Virus genome (UHGV): UHGV-0072281
Strand: one strand, 5' to 3'
Source of the DNA: a virus
Length of the DNA stretch: 64,000 bases
In this document: positions 1-9,687 of the stretch, one piece after another
Numbering within the stretch: position 1 is the stretch's first letter
Layout of the letters: each line of letters opens with the position of its first letter
Position numbers and translations under genes: made by a program
The notes under the pieces: generated by a model
The model's input: the letters and a program-made list of their open reading frames with translations, nothing else
Database searches by the model: none
What the model was told of the DNA's origin: nothing

Positions 1-1
1 A

Positions 2-217
2 CGGGTAGAAGAACAAGGTAAGAATTGGGACGATGAGGTTCTTACCGTTAAGTATTTAAAAGACAACCAAAGCTGGGAAGCGTTACGTGATCACTACCGT
101 TTCGCCCACCACATTCTCACTGAAGGCGGTTGTCTGCACCATTTATTACTCGTGAAGCAAGACGACGATTACCGTTTAAAAGCGGCTGAAATCGTTGCTT
201 GTATTTTAGAGAATTAA
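2..217 (+). CDS. 3' end of an upstream CDS (5'-truncated by window edge), hypothetical protein
   Basis: Frame 2 is open from the window start to TAA at 215-217 and is followed by a hairpin terminator; no start codon in window. Confidence 0.4.
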   Translation, partial: RVEEQGKNWDDEVLTVKYLKDNQSWEALRDHYRFAHHILTEGGCLHHLLLVKQDDDYRLKAAEIVACILEN

Positions 218-224
218 TCACATA

Positions 225-259
225 CCCCTACCTTCGGGTAGGGGGTTATTTAATTTTTT
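225..259 (+). terminator. Rho-independent terminator
   Basis: Hairpin ccccTACC-ttcg-GGTAgggg followed by T-rich run. Confidence 0.6.
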
Positions 260-260
260 C

Positions 261-300
261 TCAGATATATATTACCTTAGTGAGATTACACAGTAATCTC
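261..300 (+). promoter_or_regulatory. Promoter-like motif TCAGATATATATTACC plus downstream inverted repeat (gagattac/gtaatctc)
   Basis: Same 15-16 nt motif recurs at 20149, 24537, 62581 (variants at 5299, 58236), each followed by a different short hairpin and then an RBS and gene. Confidence 0.5.
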
Positions 301-334
301 TTACGACTTGTTCTACAGATTAGGATTAATTATC

Positions 335-694
335 ATGGCTTACAATCACAACTCTATTGTTTTAGCAAAACGTAAATTCGGTCTTCATCTTTCTTACGTG
401 ATTCGTCATTTGACAGCGAAAGACATTACACAGCGTGAACTTGCCCAGCTTGCGAAAGTTTCACAACCGGTTATTTCATCTATTAAGAACGAACGCAGCG
501 AATGCCTGAGTCTCCCAATAATGATGAAGGTTGCTGATGCGATTCGTCTGAAATATCAGATTACGTTTAATTCTGTTAAAGGGAGTTGCTCAGTAACGGT
601 TCACGTAGAGTCTGCGTTGGACTACGTTGCAAATACGTCCCTTAAACGTACAGCGAAGAATATTCGTTTTGTTACTAACGGCGCAACACACTAA
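335..694 (+). CDS. Helix-turn-helix (XRE-like) DNA-binding protein
   Basis: HTH-like segment ITQRELAQLAKVSQPVISSIKN; AGGA RBS 10 nt upstream of ATG 335 (track ORF begins at in-frame TTG 308). Confidence 0.5.
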   Translation: MAYNHNSIVLAKRKFGLHLSYVIRHLTAKDITQRELAQLAKVSQPVISSIKNERSECLSLPIMMKVADAIRLKYQITFNSVKGSCSVTVHVESALDYVANTSLKRTAKNIRFVTNGATH

Positions 695-715
695 CCAACC
701 TAAAGGAGTATTATC

Positions 716-1402
716 ATGGCACCGAAAACTAAGAAAACTGAAGTTAAAGAAACTGAAGAAAAACCGGTTAACTTCTATAATGACGAACAGGTTAAGCAGA
801 CTGAGCCTAGCAAGAAGCTTGCGCTTATGCCGCCTACCACAGAAATACACGGGGATAAAATCTTAAGTTACACTCCGCGCATGAGTTTAGCGATCGATAT
901 TTACCATTACCCGGTATTCGACCTGTACACGCTTGTCTGTCGACTCGACGATGAGATACTGGCAGTCGTTCCAGGTATCCACAAAGAAAAACTGCTTACG
1001 GGTTCAGTCATTAGCGAGATTTTCCTGCGCCTGATGTTTAAATCAGACGATAAGAGAATCAGCCAGATTGCTGGTAAAATGACTGACTTCTTTGTTGAGG
1101 CTTCAACGTGGTTAGGCTTTCACCCAACGGCTTATTTCATTTTCGACACCAAAATGTTGTATGCTGAAATGGGCGACAGCGTTAAGTATCCTATCTTACT
1201 TAATGAAGAAGTCGTTCCGTTTTCCCTTTCCAGTCCTAACAAACATCTTCGCTTTCATCCGGCGTTAGAAAGCCTGATCGAACACCAACGGTTGGAAAAA
1301 TATTACGCTTATCATCGCATGTTCTTTGAGCTTCTGCGTGATAAATTAAGAGGCAAAGTTCCAGATTCTAGTGTATCGTTCACTAGTTCTAAGCTTTGGT
1401 AG
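716..1402 (+). CDS. Hypothetical protein
   Basis: 228-aa ORF with strong RBS AAAGGAG upstream of ATG. Confidence 0.65.
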   Translation: MAPKTKKTEVKETEEKPVNFYNDEQVKQTEPSKKLALMPPTTEIHGDKILSYTPRMSLAIDIYHYPVFDLYTLVCRLDDEILAVVPGIHKEKLLTGSVISEIFLRLMFKSDDKRISQIAGKMTDFFVEASTWLGFHPTAYFIFDTKMLYAEMGDSVKYPILLNEEVVPFSLSSPNKHLRFHPALESLIEHQRLEKYYAYHRMFFELLRDKLRGKVPDSSVSFTSSKLW

Positions 1403-1414
1403 TTTGTAACAAAC

Positions 1415-1443
1415 AGGGAGCTTCGGCTCCCTTTTTCTTTTTA
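1415..1443 (+). terminator. Rho-independent terminator
   Basis: Hairpin gggagc-ttcg-gctccc followed by TTTTTCTTTTT. Confidence 0.7.
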
Positions 1444-1488
1444 CAACTTTTTCTTTTGTTGTGAGGAAAGCCGATAAGGAGTATTAAA

Positions 1489-2475
1489 ATGGTATATCGT
1501 AAAACGATAGAAAGAACCTCTTCTGATTTAACAGTAGGACGCTTAGCCCGTAGAGATATTCGCAATCCTCAACTTCAGGCATGTTTAATGGGTCCTAACG
1601 GTGCGGTGATTCGTGAAGCACTGTGTAATACCGAGCTGAATACGTTCTCTTTACAAAAAGGAAAAACAATCCAAGGGTTTATCATCACAAAACACATTTA
1701 CGGTGATCCAACGTTACACTGCTTGTATATGCACGAAATTGTACCAGGCTGTTTGAACAAACTGAGTCTTCTATTGGTACTTGACTATACGGGTTTTACG
1801 TACCTTAACCGAATTGCCAGAGGCGTGGAAGAAATTGCTGAGCTTAACGATTTAGGGTTTAGACATACCCACACAGCATATCGTTTAGGTACACGTACGC
1901 TATCGGATGTCACTTTACCGACGAACGTGAAGAACGTCTCCGGCGACTTCTATAAAGACTTAACCGGAGCACAACGTGAGCAGCTCATGACATTGTTTGG
2001 CACTAGTGTCGTTGAAAATATCAATGCTGACCCTGTAACGCGTTCTCGACAAATAATGCCGCAAGTTGAAACATTGGTGGAGTTAGTGCGGCACGTCAAT
2101 CACTACACTTACGTTTGGATGGGCGGTAATGACGTTGTGGGTGTGGTGCAAGTTAAATCACGTAATCTTAGTGAGTGCGAACTAAAAGCCATTGCGGTAA
2201 GTGAATCACACCGGGGCCGTGGGATTGGGCGTGCGTTGCTGTATCGTGCTTTACAGATTGCATCGACAACAGCGGCACCATTAGAAATAGGGTGTTACAA
2301 TAACAATTCAGCATTTAGACACCTGGCTGTAGATTTGTTTAAATTCCGTCCCTACGAGTACGAATTTGTTTTAGTGCGCGACGACGATGTCGTCAGTTGG
2401 GAGCGTCGGAAAAACCGCGTCGCGTTAGTGTTAGGCGACGAAATGTCAACGTTACAAGGCGGAATTAATGCATAA
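1489..2475 (+). CDS. Protein with C-terminal GNAT-like acetyltransferase motif
   Basis: 328-aa ORF; segment IAVSESHRGRGIGRALLYRAL resembles the GNAT acetyl-CoA binding motif; RBS AAGGAG. Confidence 0.45.
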   Translation: MVYRKTIERTSSDLTVGRLARRDIRNPQLQACLMGPNGAVIREALCNTELNTFSLQKGKTIQGFIITKHIYGDPTLHCLYMHEIVPGCLNKLSLLLVLDYTGFTYLNRIARGVEEIAELNDLGFRHTHTAYRLGTRTLSDVTLPTNVKNVSGDFYKDLTGAQREQLMTLFGTSVVENINADPVTRSRQIMPQVETLVELVRHVNHYTYVWMGGNDVVGVVQVKSRNLSECELKAIAVSESHRGRGIGRALLYRALQIASTTAAPLEIGCYNNNSAFRHLAVDLFKFRPYEYEFVLVRDDDVVSWERRKNRVALVLGDEMSTLQGGINA

Positions 2476-3283
2476 ACCAATTATAAAGTGGATGGGTGGC
2501 AAATCGCGGATCATCGACACCTTACTACAAGTCTTACCTGAACGTACAACATTCGTTGAACCGTTTGTTGGTGCAGGGTCGGTGTTTTTGAACACACGTT
2601 ATAAACGTTACATTCTTGCTGACTCTAACCCTGACTTAATACAGTTGCTGAACGTGGCGAAAGACCAACCTGAAGAACTTATCTTAAAGTCGAAACCGCT
2701 ATTCGAAGACGGTAACGATTGTATTAAGTATATGGAGAGACGAGAACTGTTTAATCGCGAAACGGATATGGCCCCGTTAGACCGTGCTGCAATGTTTCTG
2801 TACTTAATGCGTCATGGTTTTAACGGGATGTGTCGTTACAACGGCGGCGGAGGTTTTAACGTTCCGTTTGGTCGCTATCCTAACGGTGTGTATTACCCGT
2901 TAGAAGAGATTCGTGGTTGGGCTAAACGTTGTCAAGAACCGGAATACTTAGAAATTGTTTGTGAAGATTTCCGAACAGTTTTAGAGCGTACACCGGAAGA
3001 CAGCGTGATTTACGCAGACCCACCTTATATACCGCTCTCAGAGACCGCTAAACACGCCCAATACCATCGGAAGGAGTTTTCCCAGGCTGACCATCGGGAA
3101 CTCGCCAGAGCGCTGTTTAAGCAGGTTGAGAAGGGGAATAGCGTTGTGTTGTCCAATGCAGATACGTTACTAACGCGTGAGATTTATTACGGGTTCGAAT
3201 GGCGTTCTGTGGAAGTAGGGCGGTATATGGGTGCATCGGGCGCTGCTCGTAAAACGGTAACGGAATTGTTAGGAGTGCTCTAA
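2468..3283 (+). CDS. dam: DNA adenine (N6) methyltransferase, Dam family
   Basis: Close match to E. coli Dam signature blocks: KWMGGK, VEPFVGAGSVFLNT, YILAD, and catalytic DPPY; overlaps upstream gene by 8 nt. Confidence 0.9.
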   Translation: MHKPIIKWMGGKSRIIDTLLQVLPERTTFVEPFVGAGSVFLNTRYKRYILADSNPDLIQLLNVAKDQPEELILKSKPLFEDGNDCIKYMERRELFNRETDMAPLDRAAMFLYLMRHGFNGMCRYNGGGGFNVPFGRYPNGVYYPLEEIRGWAKRCQEPEYLEIVCEDFRTVLERTPEDSVIYADPPYIPLSETAKHAQYHRKEFSQADHRELARALFKQVEKGNSVVLSNADTLLTREIYYGFEWRSVEVGRYMGASGAARKTVTELLGVL

Positions 3284-4056
3284 TGCGTATAGTGGATATC
3301 CACGATTATCGTAATGACCATTTAGCGATTGGTGTAGAAGGTAAAATGGTTTCGTTAACCCGTGTACGTAAAGGGTTAATGGAAAAGGAAATCATTCGGG
3401 AATCTGAAGACCCTACTTTTATCATCCTTTCGAATACTAACCAGTTACAGGGCATCTTTTCAGGGCGTGCAGACGGTAAGATTTTCTATATGTCCGCGAT
3501 CGTTGTGTTTGCGAAGAAGAACATCAACTTCGCCCAACTCAAACGTTTGTTAAACGTGAAGATGTTCGATGTCACGTACCCTGCTAACGACCTAAAACGT
3601 CGTAATCAATTAATGACGTTTTTAGGTATGCAACCAACGTCTATCGATTATGACCTTACGATTACTGAAAAGCCGGAAGTGCGCACTGACTTACCTGACG
3701 TAGACGATGTTGAATCCTTAACGTTAGAAGAGACGTTTACGATTCCTAAGGTTGTTAATGTCAACCTGGACACGCACTGTTTAGGGTTGTTAGCCGTAGG
3801 TGCAGCAGAAGGGTTGTGTTGTCGTAAAGACGGTAAGGTTGAAGGTATCTTAGTCTATTCGAAAATCAACGAAAAGACATTTGCCACCGAAGGCTTTTTC
3901 TATAACGATTGCACTTACGGAAACGCTCTACTAACCACGTATTTCCGTATTGCTTATCTGAAAGGCGCAACTGTACGCCTCACGTTTCCATACACAGCTC
4001 CACCGTCTATGGGTGGAGTTGAGGTAGAAGCATTAACCGGTCACTTTATCTTTTAA
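3283..4056 (+). CDS. Hypothetical protein
   Basis: 257-aa ORF, start overlaps previous stop (ATG/TAA overlap). Confidence 0.6.
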   Translation: MRIVDIHDYRNDHLAIGVEGKMVSLTRVRKGLMEKEIIRESEDPTFIILSNTNQLQGIFSGRADGKIFYMSAIVVFAKKNINFAQLKRLLNVKMFDVTYPANDLKRRNQLMTFLGMQPTSIDYDLTITEKPEVRTDLPDVDDVESLTLEETFTIPKVVNVNLDTHCLGLLAVGAAEGLCCRKDGKVEGILVYSKINEKTFATEGFFYNDCTYGNALLTTYFRIAYLKGATVRLTFPYTAPPSMGGVEVEALTGHFIF

Positions 4057-4065
4057 GGACGATGA

Positions 4066-4293
4066 ATGGAAATCAAACGTATTGTAACCAAAAACAAACA
4101 GATTGTTTACGTCGCAGGTGATAACGAATTCTCGGCGGTAATTAACAGCGAAAATGCGCTCATTATCGGTTATCCGGGTAAAGTTATTACGCGCAGTCAC
4201 CAACGTGCGATTGACAAACTTATCGCGAAAGCGAAAGCGCGCGACGGTGTTGGTTCAGTACAAACCCACACAGGGTTAACGCTGACCCTCTAG
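4066..4293 (+). CDS. Hypothetical protein
   Basis: 75-aa ORF with GGA-rich RBS. Confidence 0.5.
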   Translation: MEIKRIVTKNKQIVYVAGDNEFSAVINSENALIIGYPGKVITRSHQRAIDKLIAKAKARDGVGSVQTHTGLTLTL

Positions 4294-4332
4294 TCAGCAG
4301 GTAATATGACCTCTTAACTGGAGACTTTAATA

Positions 4333-4839
4333 ATGAGTGAGACTCTGGATTTTAATCAGCTCGAACAACACGATTTTGATCTCGGTGTTCGTGATATCGA
4401 TGCTGATCATGAAACACGTTGTAAAGAGCTGTTTAACCGTTACGGTCAGCTCATCACCGGTGCCTCTGATGACACCGAATTCAGTTTAGATGAGTTTGAA
4501 AAAGTTTTGTCGTGTTTTATCACCGATTGCCTGGCGAAGAAAGCGTTACTTGTAGAACTGAACTTAGACTCCGTCGAACCTACCGATGCCCACGCGGTGT
4601 TGAAAGAATCCATTATCCCAACTGATGAGATTATGGACACGGTAGCAGGTATTCGTGGTACGTTTGAAACCGCTGTAGATGAATACACGGAACAGCTTCG
4701 TGAGTCAGGACTGACGTTGTGTGCGCCAGCAGGCGAGCAATTACCGTCCGACGCAGAAACTGAAGAAGCGCGTAGCCGCTTAGCACGTTATGTTATCACG
4801 TCTATCTTGGTAGATGATCGCGAAGAGAATCTGCTGTAA
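4333..4839 (+). CDS. Hypothetical acidic protein
   Basis: 168-aa ORF, very acidic; followed by terminator. Confidence 0.6.
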   Translation: MSETLDFNQLEQHDFDLGVRDIDADHETRCKELFNRYGQLITGASDDTEFSLDEFEKVLSCFITDCLAKKALLVELNLDSVEPTDAHAVLKESIIPTDEIMDTVAGIRGTFETAVDEYTEQLRESGLTLCAPAGEQLPSDAETEEARSRLARYVITSILVDDREENLL

Positions 4840-4845
4840 GCTGCA

Positions 4846-4880
4846 CCCTCTCTCCAGACGGAGAGAGGGTGTATTTTTTT
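4846..4880 (+). terminator. Rho-independent terminator
   Basis: Hairpin ccctctctcc-agac-ggagagaggg followed by T7 run. Confidence 0.75.
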
Positions 4881-4935
4881 ACGCGTATAGCCGTAGTTAT
4901 GCACAAGTAAACAAAATTAATTGAGGAACAATCTG

Positions 4936-5253
4936 ATGTGGTTAAGTGCTATTCATCGCGATTTACCGAAAACGGCAGTGAGTTTTGCTAAGAAAACTCC
5001 TGTTCCTAACGTTGGTGTTGCTAAATTTGAACGAGTGGAAGAGGGGCAATTCGTTGTAACGGATCATAAAGAAAACGAATTTATGTTGTATCATCCAGAA
5101 GTGGATACCTCTGAAATTTGTGAGGGTGTTTTTTTATTGTCCTGGCAAGACCCTGAAACTAAAGAGTGGAAGTGGTGCACCGCTAAACCATTAAAAGAAA
5201 TCGAAAACGGTTATGGGATTGGAGAAATTTATGTCGAACCAGAACCACACTAA
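4936..5253 (+). CDS. Hypothetical protein
   Basis: ORF with GAGGA RBS before ATG 4936 (track begins at in-frame TTG 4921). Confidence 0.5.
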   Translation: MWLSAIHRDLPKTAVSFAKKTPVPNVGVAKFERVEEGQFVVTDHKENEFMLYHPEVDTSEICEGVFLLSWQDPETKEWKWCTAKPLKEIENGYGIGEIYVEPEPH

Positions 5254-5298
5254 TTTCGATATAACATCAGCATTGCGTTGTTAACGGTCTAAAAAATT

Positions 5299-5331
5299 TA
5301 AGATATATTTCATCTATGTGAGAATTCTCAC
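5299..5331 (+). promoter_or_regulatory. Promoter-like motif variant (AGATATATTTCATC) plus palindrome gtgagaattctcac
   Basis: Resembles the TCAGATATATATTAC family; sits 25 nt upstream of RBS of gene at 5355. Confidence 0.35.
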
Positions 5332-5354
5332 TTAACTAAATGGAGTAATCTAAA

Positions 5355-5624
5355 ATGGCTAAGATTTACATTGTTGAAAAACGTTCAGGTAATGTTCTTT
5401 CTTATCACGAAGAAGGCAAACCCGAAAGAGTTAAAACGCTCAAGCTTGAAGGTTTTGATGTGAAAAGCCTGCGTAAAGGCGTGAAGATTACTTTCAAAGG
5501 TTTGATTCGTGCAAGTAACTTACACATCATTAAAACGGACGGAACGATGGTTGCATTAGCACCGGCTACCGCTGCGAAAACGACAGCCGGTCGGGGTTGC
5601 TACGGCAGCAGTCGTAAGATTTAA
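5355..5624 (+). CDS. Hypothetical protein
   Basis: 89-aa ORF with RBS TGGAG. Confidence 0.6.
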   Translation: MAKIYIVEKRSGNVLSYHEEGKPERVKTLKLEGFDVKSLRKGVKITFKGLIRASNLHIIKTDGTMVALAPATAAKTTAGRGCYGSSRKI

Positions 5625-5630
5625 GCAGTG

Positions 5631-5669
5631 CCCCTCTCTCCTAGCGGAGAGAGGGTACTTTTATTTTTC
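5631..5669 (+). terminator. Rho-independent terminator
   Basis: Hairpin cccctctctcc-tagc-ggagagaggg followed by T-run; near-copy of the 4846 terminator stem. Confidence 0.75.
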
Positions 5670-5682
5670 TTCGAGGTGTGTG

Positions 5683-6171
5683 ATGACAACGGTATTAGTA
5701 ACAAAGGATTACATTTTAGCTGATCGTTTAGTGGAATATAGTGGAACAGTTAAAGAATTGCCCAAACTACACAAACACAAAAACAAGTTTGTTTTCTACA
5801 CGGGGGAACGTGTACTGGACACCGAGTTTTGGAAAATGTCGATGACCGTTACTATAGAAAAATATTTAGACGAGGATAAACGCAAGAAAGTTGAGCCGTT
5901 GCTTGTGGAACTTTTCGAAAAAGAGCAATTGTTTGATCAAATCGTCATTTTTACGGTCAGAGAAACCTATTGGCTAGGATTAGTATCAGATAAGTTTAAA
6001 ACGTTTGTAATAAATAAAAATGCGGTCTGGACGACGGGATCTGGTGGCGGCTTTGCGCGGGCAGCTTGGGCAACAGGAATATCAGAAAAGAAAATTATGC
6101 CATTGGTAGGATCAATTGATACAGCATCATCACAAACGTACGACTTGTTTTACAGGAAGCATTTACGATGA
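5683..6171 (+). CDS. Hypothetical protein
   Basis: ORF with GAGG RBS 6 nt before ATG 5683 (GTG at 5680 also possible). Confidence 0.6.
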   Translation: MTTVLVTKDYILADRLVEYSGTVKELPKLHKHKNKFVFYTGERVLDTEFWKMSMTVTIEKYLDEDKRKKVEPLLVELFEKEQLFDQIVIFTVRETYWLGLVSDKFKTFVINKNAVWTTGSGGGFARAAWATGISEKKIMPLVGSIDTASSQTYDLFYRKHLR

Positions 6172-6689
6172 AAATAAATGCGGTTTTAATTGGCGATGAA
6201 ATATTCGTTAATACAAAAACACAATATATGTGTTACGAAGGTATTACTGTAATAGACGATTATTACGGTAAATACGGTTGGTGGGTTCCGTCTCCTAATT
6301 CTTTACGATTAGAAGAGGCATTAACTGCCGAAGAGAACAAACTGGATGACGAATGGACTTATATCAGCTCCGTAATTGACGTCAGTGGACGAATTAAAGA
6401 CGTCTTCTGGGCTAAAGATATAGGGTGGCGTGTTACACTACACCAACCAACCCCGGTAAGATTGCTCTACGACCACGCCGATACTTCAGAGTTAGCGTTT
6501 ACCATTGAGACGCTCTCGGTACGTAAAGATTTAGATAACGTAGGTAAAGGGAAGTGGTCTATTGAACGCGTAGAGGAAATTCTTAGTCACTTTAAAGCCA
6601 ACAACAAATTTAAACGTTGGTGCACGTTACCTGAATTAGTAGAGGAGTTGAAAAAGCGGGATTGCAAGCCGCTACCTTTTAATCCGTAA
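6168..6689 (+). CDS. Hypothetical protein
   Basis: 173-aa ORF, ATGA overlap with upstream gene. Confidence 0.6.
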   Translation: MKINAVLIGDEIFVNTKTQYMCYEGITVIDDYYGKYGWWVPSPNSLRLEEALTAEENKLDDEWTYISSVIDVSGRIKDVFWAKDIGWRVTLHQPTPVRLLYDHADTSELAFTIETLSVRKDLDNVGKGKWSIERVEEILSHFKANNKFKRWCTLPELVEELKKRDCKPLPFNP

Positions 6690-6733
6690 CTTTTTACGAA
6701 TGTAGCTATTTTAATGATTAGGAGAATATAGAG

Positions 6734-7129
6734 ATGACAGCAATACTAGGTGTAATGACAAGAAAAGCCGATGCCATTGAAACGTTTATTGAACAATACA
6801 ACAACTCACCGTATACGCGTTTTAGATTGCATAAACCGAAGAATAGTACAGAATGGGTTCGTTGGTTTAGGATTTGGGATAAAACAATAAGTAAAATTGA
6901 TCCGTTATTTAGAATAACGGTTGAACCTGCTTATTGGATAGTAATGGAAATTTCGCTATTGCGTATTATCGAAAAACGTCCTATTGACACAAAGACGATG
7001 TTTGGGAATGATACGTATAAAATGTTGACTAACGGTTTTGTAGGTAATGGAGAACACACTTTGTATCAGGCGATGCTGGAAATGTGTTTGTTCGATTTAG
7101 TTACATACGAATTGGAGATTTCAAAATGA
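6734..7129 (+). CDS. Hypothetical protein
   Basis: 131-aa ORF with AGGAG RBS. Confidence 0.6.
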   Translation: MTAILGVMTRKADAIETFIEQYNNSPYTRFRLHKPKNSTEWVRWFRIWDKTISKIDPLFRITVEPAYWIVMEISLLRIIEKRPIDTKTMFGNDTYKMLTNGFVGNGEHTLYQAMLEMCLFDLVTYELEISK

Positions 7130-7590
7130 ATTGCTTCGAATCTAAAGAAATTGTTGAGTTGTTTAAACAGCGTGAGAAAACCTCTTTCCGTGACTTGTAC
7201 GATTCTGATTATCGTCCACTATTTGCGGTATTGTTGAAACTGGATAAAGAACCCGAAATCGCGTTAGCAGAAGTCCAACACCATCATGTCAGTTTCGTGT
7301 TAACTGAAAACAAGGAACGTTGGGTAGATGACATACTGAACCGTATCGCGCTTTTGGAAACGCCACATCGCTGGGAAGTGGTTATTCAGAAATCGTTGTT
7401 CCCGCGTGAAGACATTTTCAACAACTATCGTCCGAAACAATATTACAACCACGATGGGTCGCCAAAACGTGCTTTCCTGGCACCCCAGCATTTCGTAACC
7501 TACGTAACGTTGCGTTACAAAGACACCGTGGTGCCGTTTGACACCTATTTGGAAATGCGTGAGATAATTTTAGGGAAGAATCCGATATGA
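7126..7590 (+). CDS. Hypothetical protein
   Basis: ATGA start/stop overlap with upstream gene at 7126-7129; track ORF extends to 7084. Confidence 0.55.
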   Translation: MNCFESKEIVELFKQREKTSFRDLYDSDYRPLFAVLLKLDKEPEIALAEVQHHHVSFVLTENKERWVDDILNRIALLETPHRWEVVIQKSLFPREDIFNNYRPKQYYNHDGSPKRAFLAPQHFVTYVTLRYKDTVVPFDTYLEMREIILGKNPI

Positions 7591-8069
7591 TTCAATTTTG
7601 TGTTGACGCAGAAAGATTGGCGTCATTTAAAGAGCGTGCTCAGTTTGCAGTTAAAAACGGTTACATTGAGAAAGGTGTTCGTGATACTTGTAAACTAATC
7701 AACGACCATCCGCACCTGGCGACAATGTGGAGCTGTGAAGGCCACGGTATGTATTCTAAGTCGCCTGGAATTCTGCACATTGTTTTTGCAACAGATGCTA
7801 TTGGAAGCCAGCTTCCAATGCAGATTACGTCTGAACTTGCAAAATGCGATCTGCCCAATTTCTGGAATCTTAGTTTGCGTCGCCTTTTTTTACCTGACGA
7901 ATTTTCGGATTTGGTATATCTTGAACCCGATTACGGGTTAAACACAGACGACACTTCCTACTGGGCTTGGAGAGTCGGATACATGCGCTTGATTAATCGT
8001 CCTGCGTTAGTTGAAGCACGACAAGCTCTTTATAAAGCATTTCACACAGTATTAGTTGAGAATAAATAA
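7587..8069 (+). CDS. Hypothetical protein
   Basis: 160-aa ORF, ATGA overlap. Confidence 0.6.
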   Translation: MIQFCVDAERLASFKERAQFAVKNGYIEKGVRDTCKLINDHPHLATMWSCEGHGMYSKSPGILHIVFATDAIGSQLPMQITSELAKCDLPNFWNLSLRRLFLPDEFSDLVYLEPDYGLNTDDTSYWAWRVGYMRLINRPALVEARQALYKAFHTVLVENK

Positions 8070-8761
8070 TGGCTACCAAGCAAAAGAAACCTCGTAACAA
8101 AAAGTATAACCCGAAAGCAGCTGCTAACCGTACAGCACACGCCATTGCTGAAAATGCGCTAAACCGCATTACTTTCGTCGGTAGCTCTATTCGCCCCATC
8201 GGCCCGTATGCAGGACGCGGTTTCCAGTTTACAACGTCGCCGCGTATGCGCATGGCAGCCACCGATATGTTAATCGGTGGTTTGTTTGATGAACCGCGTA
8301 ATTGGAAGCTATGGGTTGCGCATTTGTACGAGATGGATAATGGCGTACAAGCAGAAACCATCGTTGCAACACTTGACGATTATACGTTGGGTGATTTCTG
8401 TCAACATGGTGATAAAATCATTAAGTCGCTACGTGAGACAGAAGAAAATTACTTCGGTTATGCTTTTGTTGCTGCACCTAACGAACGTTATGATTTCGAC
8501 CAGGGAGAAGAGCGCTTACTGGAAAACTTCATGCATTCTGGACTGTTAGACAAATCCTTACACTTACCTGAAGAAGAACTGGTGGTTACGCGTAAGGATA
8601 TGGTAACGTTGCTACTAGCCGATCGTGGTCGTTTTGATATTACTGAACCCCATGTACGTAAAGTACAGAAACTCGTGGATAAAGTAGACGAAACTGACCT
8701 GGACACTAACGAAGTCGCAACACGACTTCAGTCTGTGGTAAACCAGATTGAGGATTACTAA
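8069..8761 (+). CDS. Hypothetical protein
   Basis: 230-aa ORF, TAATG overlap with upstream gene. Confidence 0.6.
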   Translation: MATKQKKPRNKKYNPKAAANRTAHAIAENALNRITFVGSSIRPIGPYAGRGFQFTTSPRMRMAATDMLIGGLFDEPRNWKLWVAHLYEMDNGVQAETIVATLDDYTLGDFCQHGDKIIKSLRETEENYFGYAFVAAPNERYDFDQGEERLLENFMHSGLLDKSLHLPEEELVVTRKDMVTLLLADRGRFDITEPHVRKVQKLVDKVDETDLDTNEVATRLQSVVNQIEDY

Positions 8762-8763
8762 AC

Positions 8764-9294
8764 GTGATAGCGAGACTTATGAGTTGGTTTAAGCAATGTC
8801 GGGCAAAGGCGGTCGAATGGCCGCCTATTACGCACGATGAAAAGGTGGTTGCTTTTCTGAATTATAACAAAGACTTGAAGAGATTAGGCGAGTTAATGCG
8901 CTTAACGGAATGTCAGGTTTTTGCTAAGATTTCAAGTAGTGCTTTACGTAAACAGGTAATTCCCTACCTATCCTTTTCAGGGCAGGTTTATGCAATAACA
9001 GCAGAAGAATTTTTATCGATGGTGGGCAATGAAACCCCACGTATACGGTACTCGGTTGCGGGTTCATCTGATGCGGTCGGTACAGTTGATTTCGGACGGT
9101 TGTATCAGAGCATTAAAAGTGTGGGGCATATACATGTTAAGCGATTATCAGAAACTTCTGTAGTGATTTATCATCGCACTGAGCACGATTTGTTAGGGTG
9201 TGTTATAAGGCTAACAAATTTACATAGTTTTTACGTTGATTTACTTACAGAGTTTTATCCAGAATCATGGTGCTATATAGATGAAAATAAATGA
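8764..9294 (+). CDS. Hypothetical protein
   Basis: 176-aa ORF; GTG 8764 or ATG 8779 start, unresolved. Confidence 0.5.
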   Translation: MIARLMSWFKQCRAKAVEWPPITHDEKVVAFLNYNKDLKRLGELMRLTECQVFAKISSSALRKQVIPYLSFSGQVYAITAEEFLSMVGNETPRIRYSVAGSSDAVGTVDFGRLYQSIKSVGHIHVKRLSETSVVIYHRTEHDLLGCVIRLTNLHSFYVDLLTEFYPESWCYIDENK

Positions 9295-9493
9295 CGGATA
9301 TATCATCTCAGCAATTGTTTCAACTGCGTTGATTGTAGCGATGTTGATGTTCTACGTTAAGACGTTCGACGAATCACGTAGAGAGTCCCTTTATCGTGAA
9401 TGTATGTCAGGTACTACTGTAGATAACCCACGTTACGCTGAATTAGTAATGGCGTGTACGGAATACGCTAAACGAATGGGAGGCGGACGATGA
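9281..9493 (+). CDS. Small membrane protein (one predicted TM helix)
   Basis: 70-aa ORF with hydrophobic stretch IISAIVSTALIVAMLMFYV. Confidence 0.5.
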   Translation: MKINDGYIISAIVSTALIVAMLMFYVKTFDESRRESLYRECMSGTTVDNPRYAELVMACTEYAKRMGGGR

Positions 9494-9687
9494 AAATTTG
9501 GTTGCCGATTGTAGTTTTTATCCTTATCGCAGGGGCACTAGCGAACGCCGAGTACGAGAGTCGTGTTTTAGAAACGAAACGCATGTTGTATCTGAATTGT
9601 ATAAAGGATTATACACCAGGCACAGAGCTTCATGCACAGGCTGTAAAAAGCTGTGCATTGATGGCTGAATCACAGACTCGCTCCTAA
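9490..9687 (+). CDS. Small membrane or secreted protein
   Basis: 65-aa ORF; N-terminal hydrophobic segment WLPIVVFILIAGALANA; ATGA overlap. Confidence 0.5.
   Translation: MKIWLPIVVFILIAGALANAEYESRVLETKRMLYLNCIKDYTPGTELHAQAVKSCALMAESQTRS

Noticed and set aside
590-866. Overlapping ORFs 590-850 (minus) and 627-866 (plus)
   Set aside because: Overlap two better-supported genes (335-694, 716-1402) that have RBSs; low-complexity Lys/Leu-rich translations.
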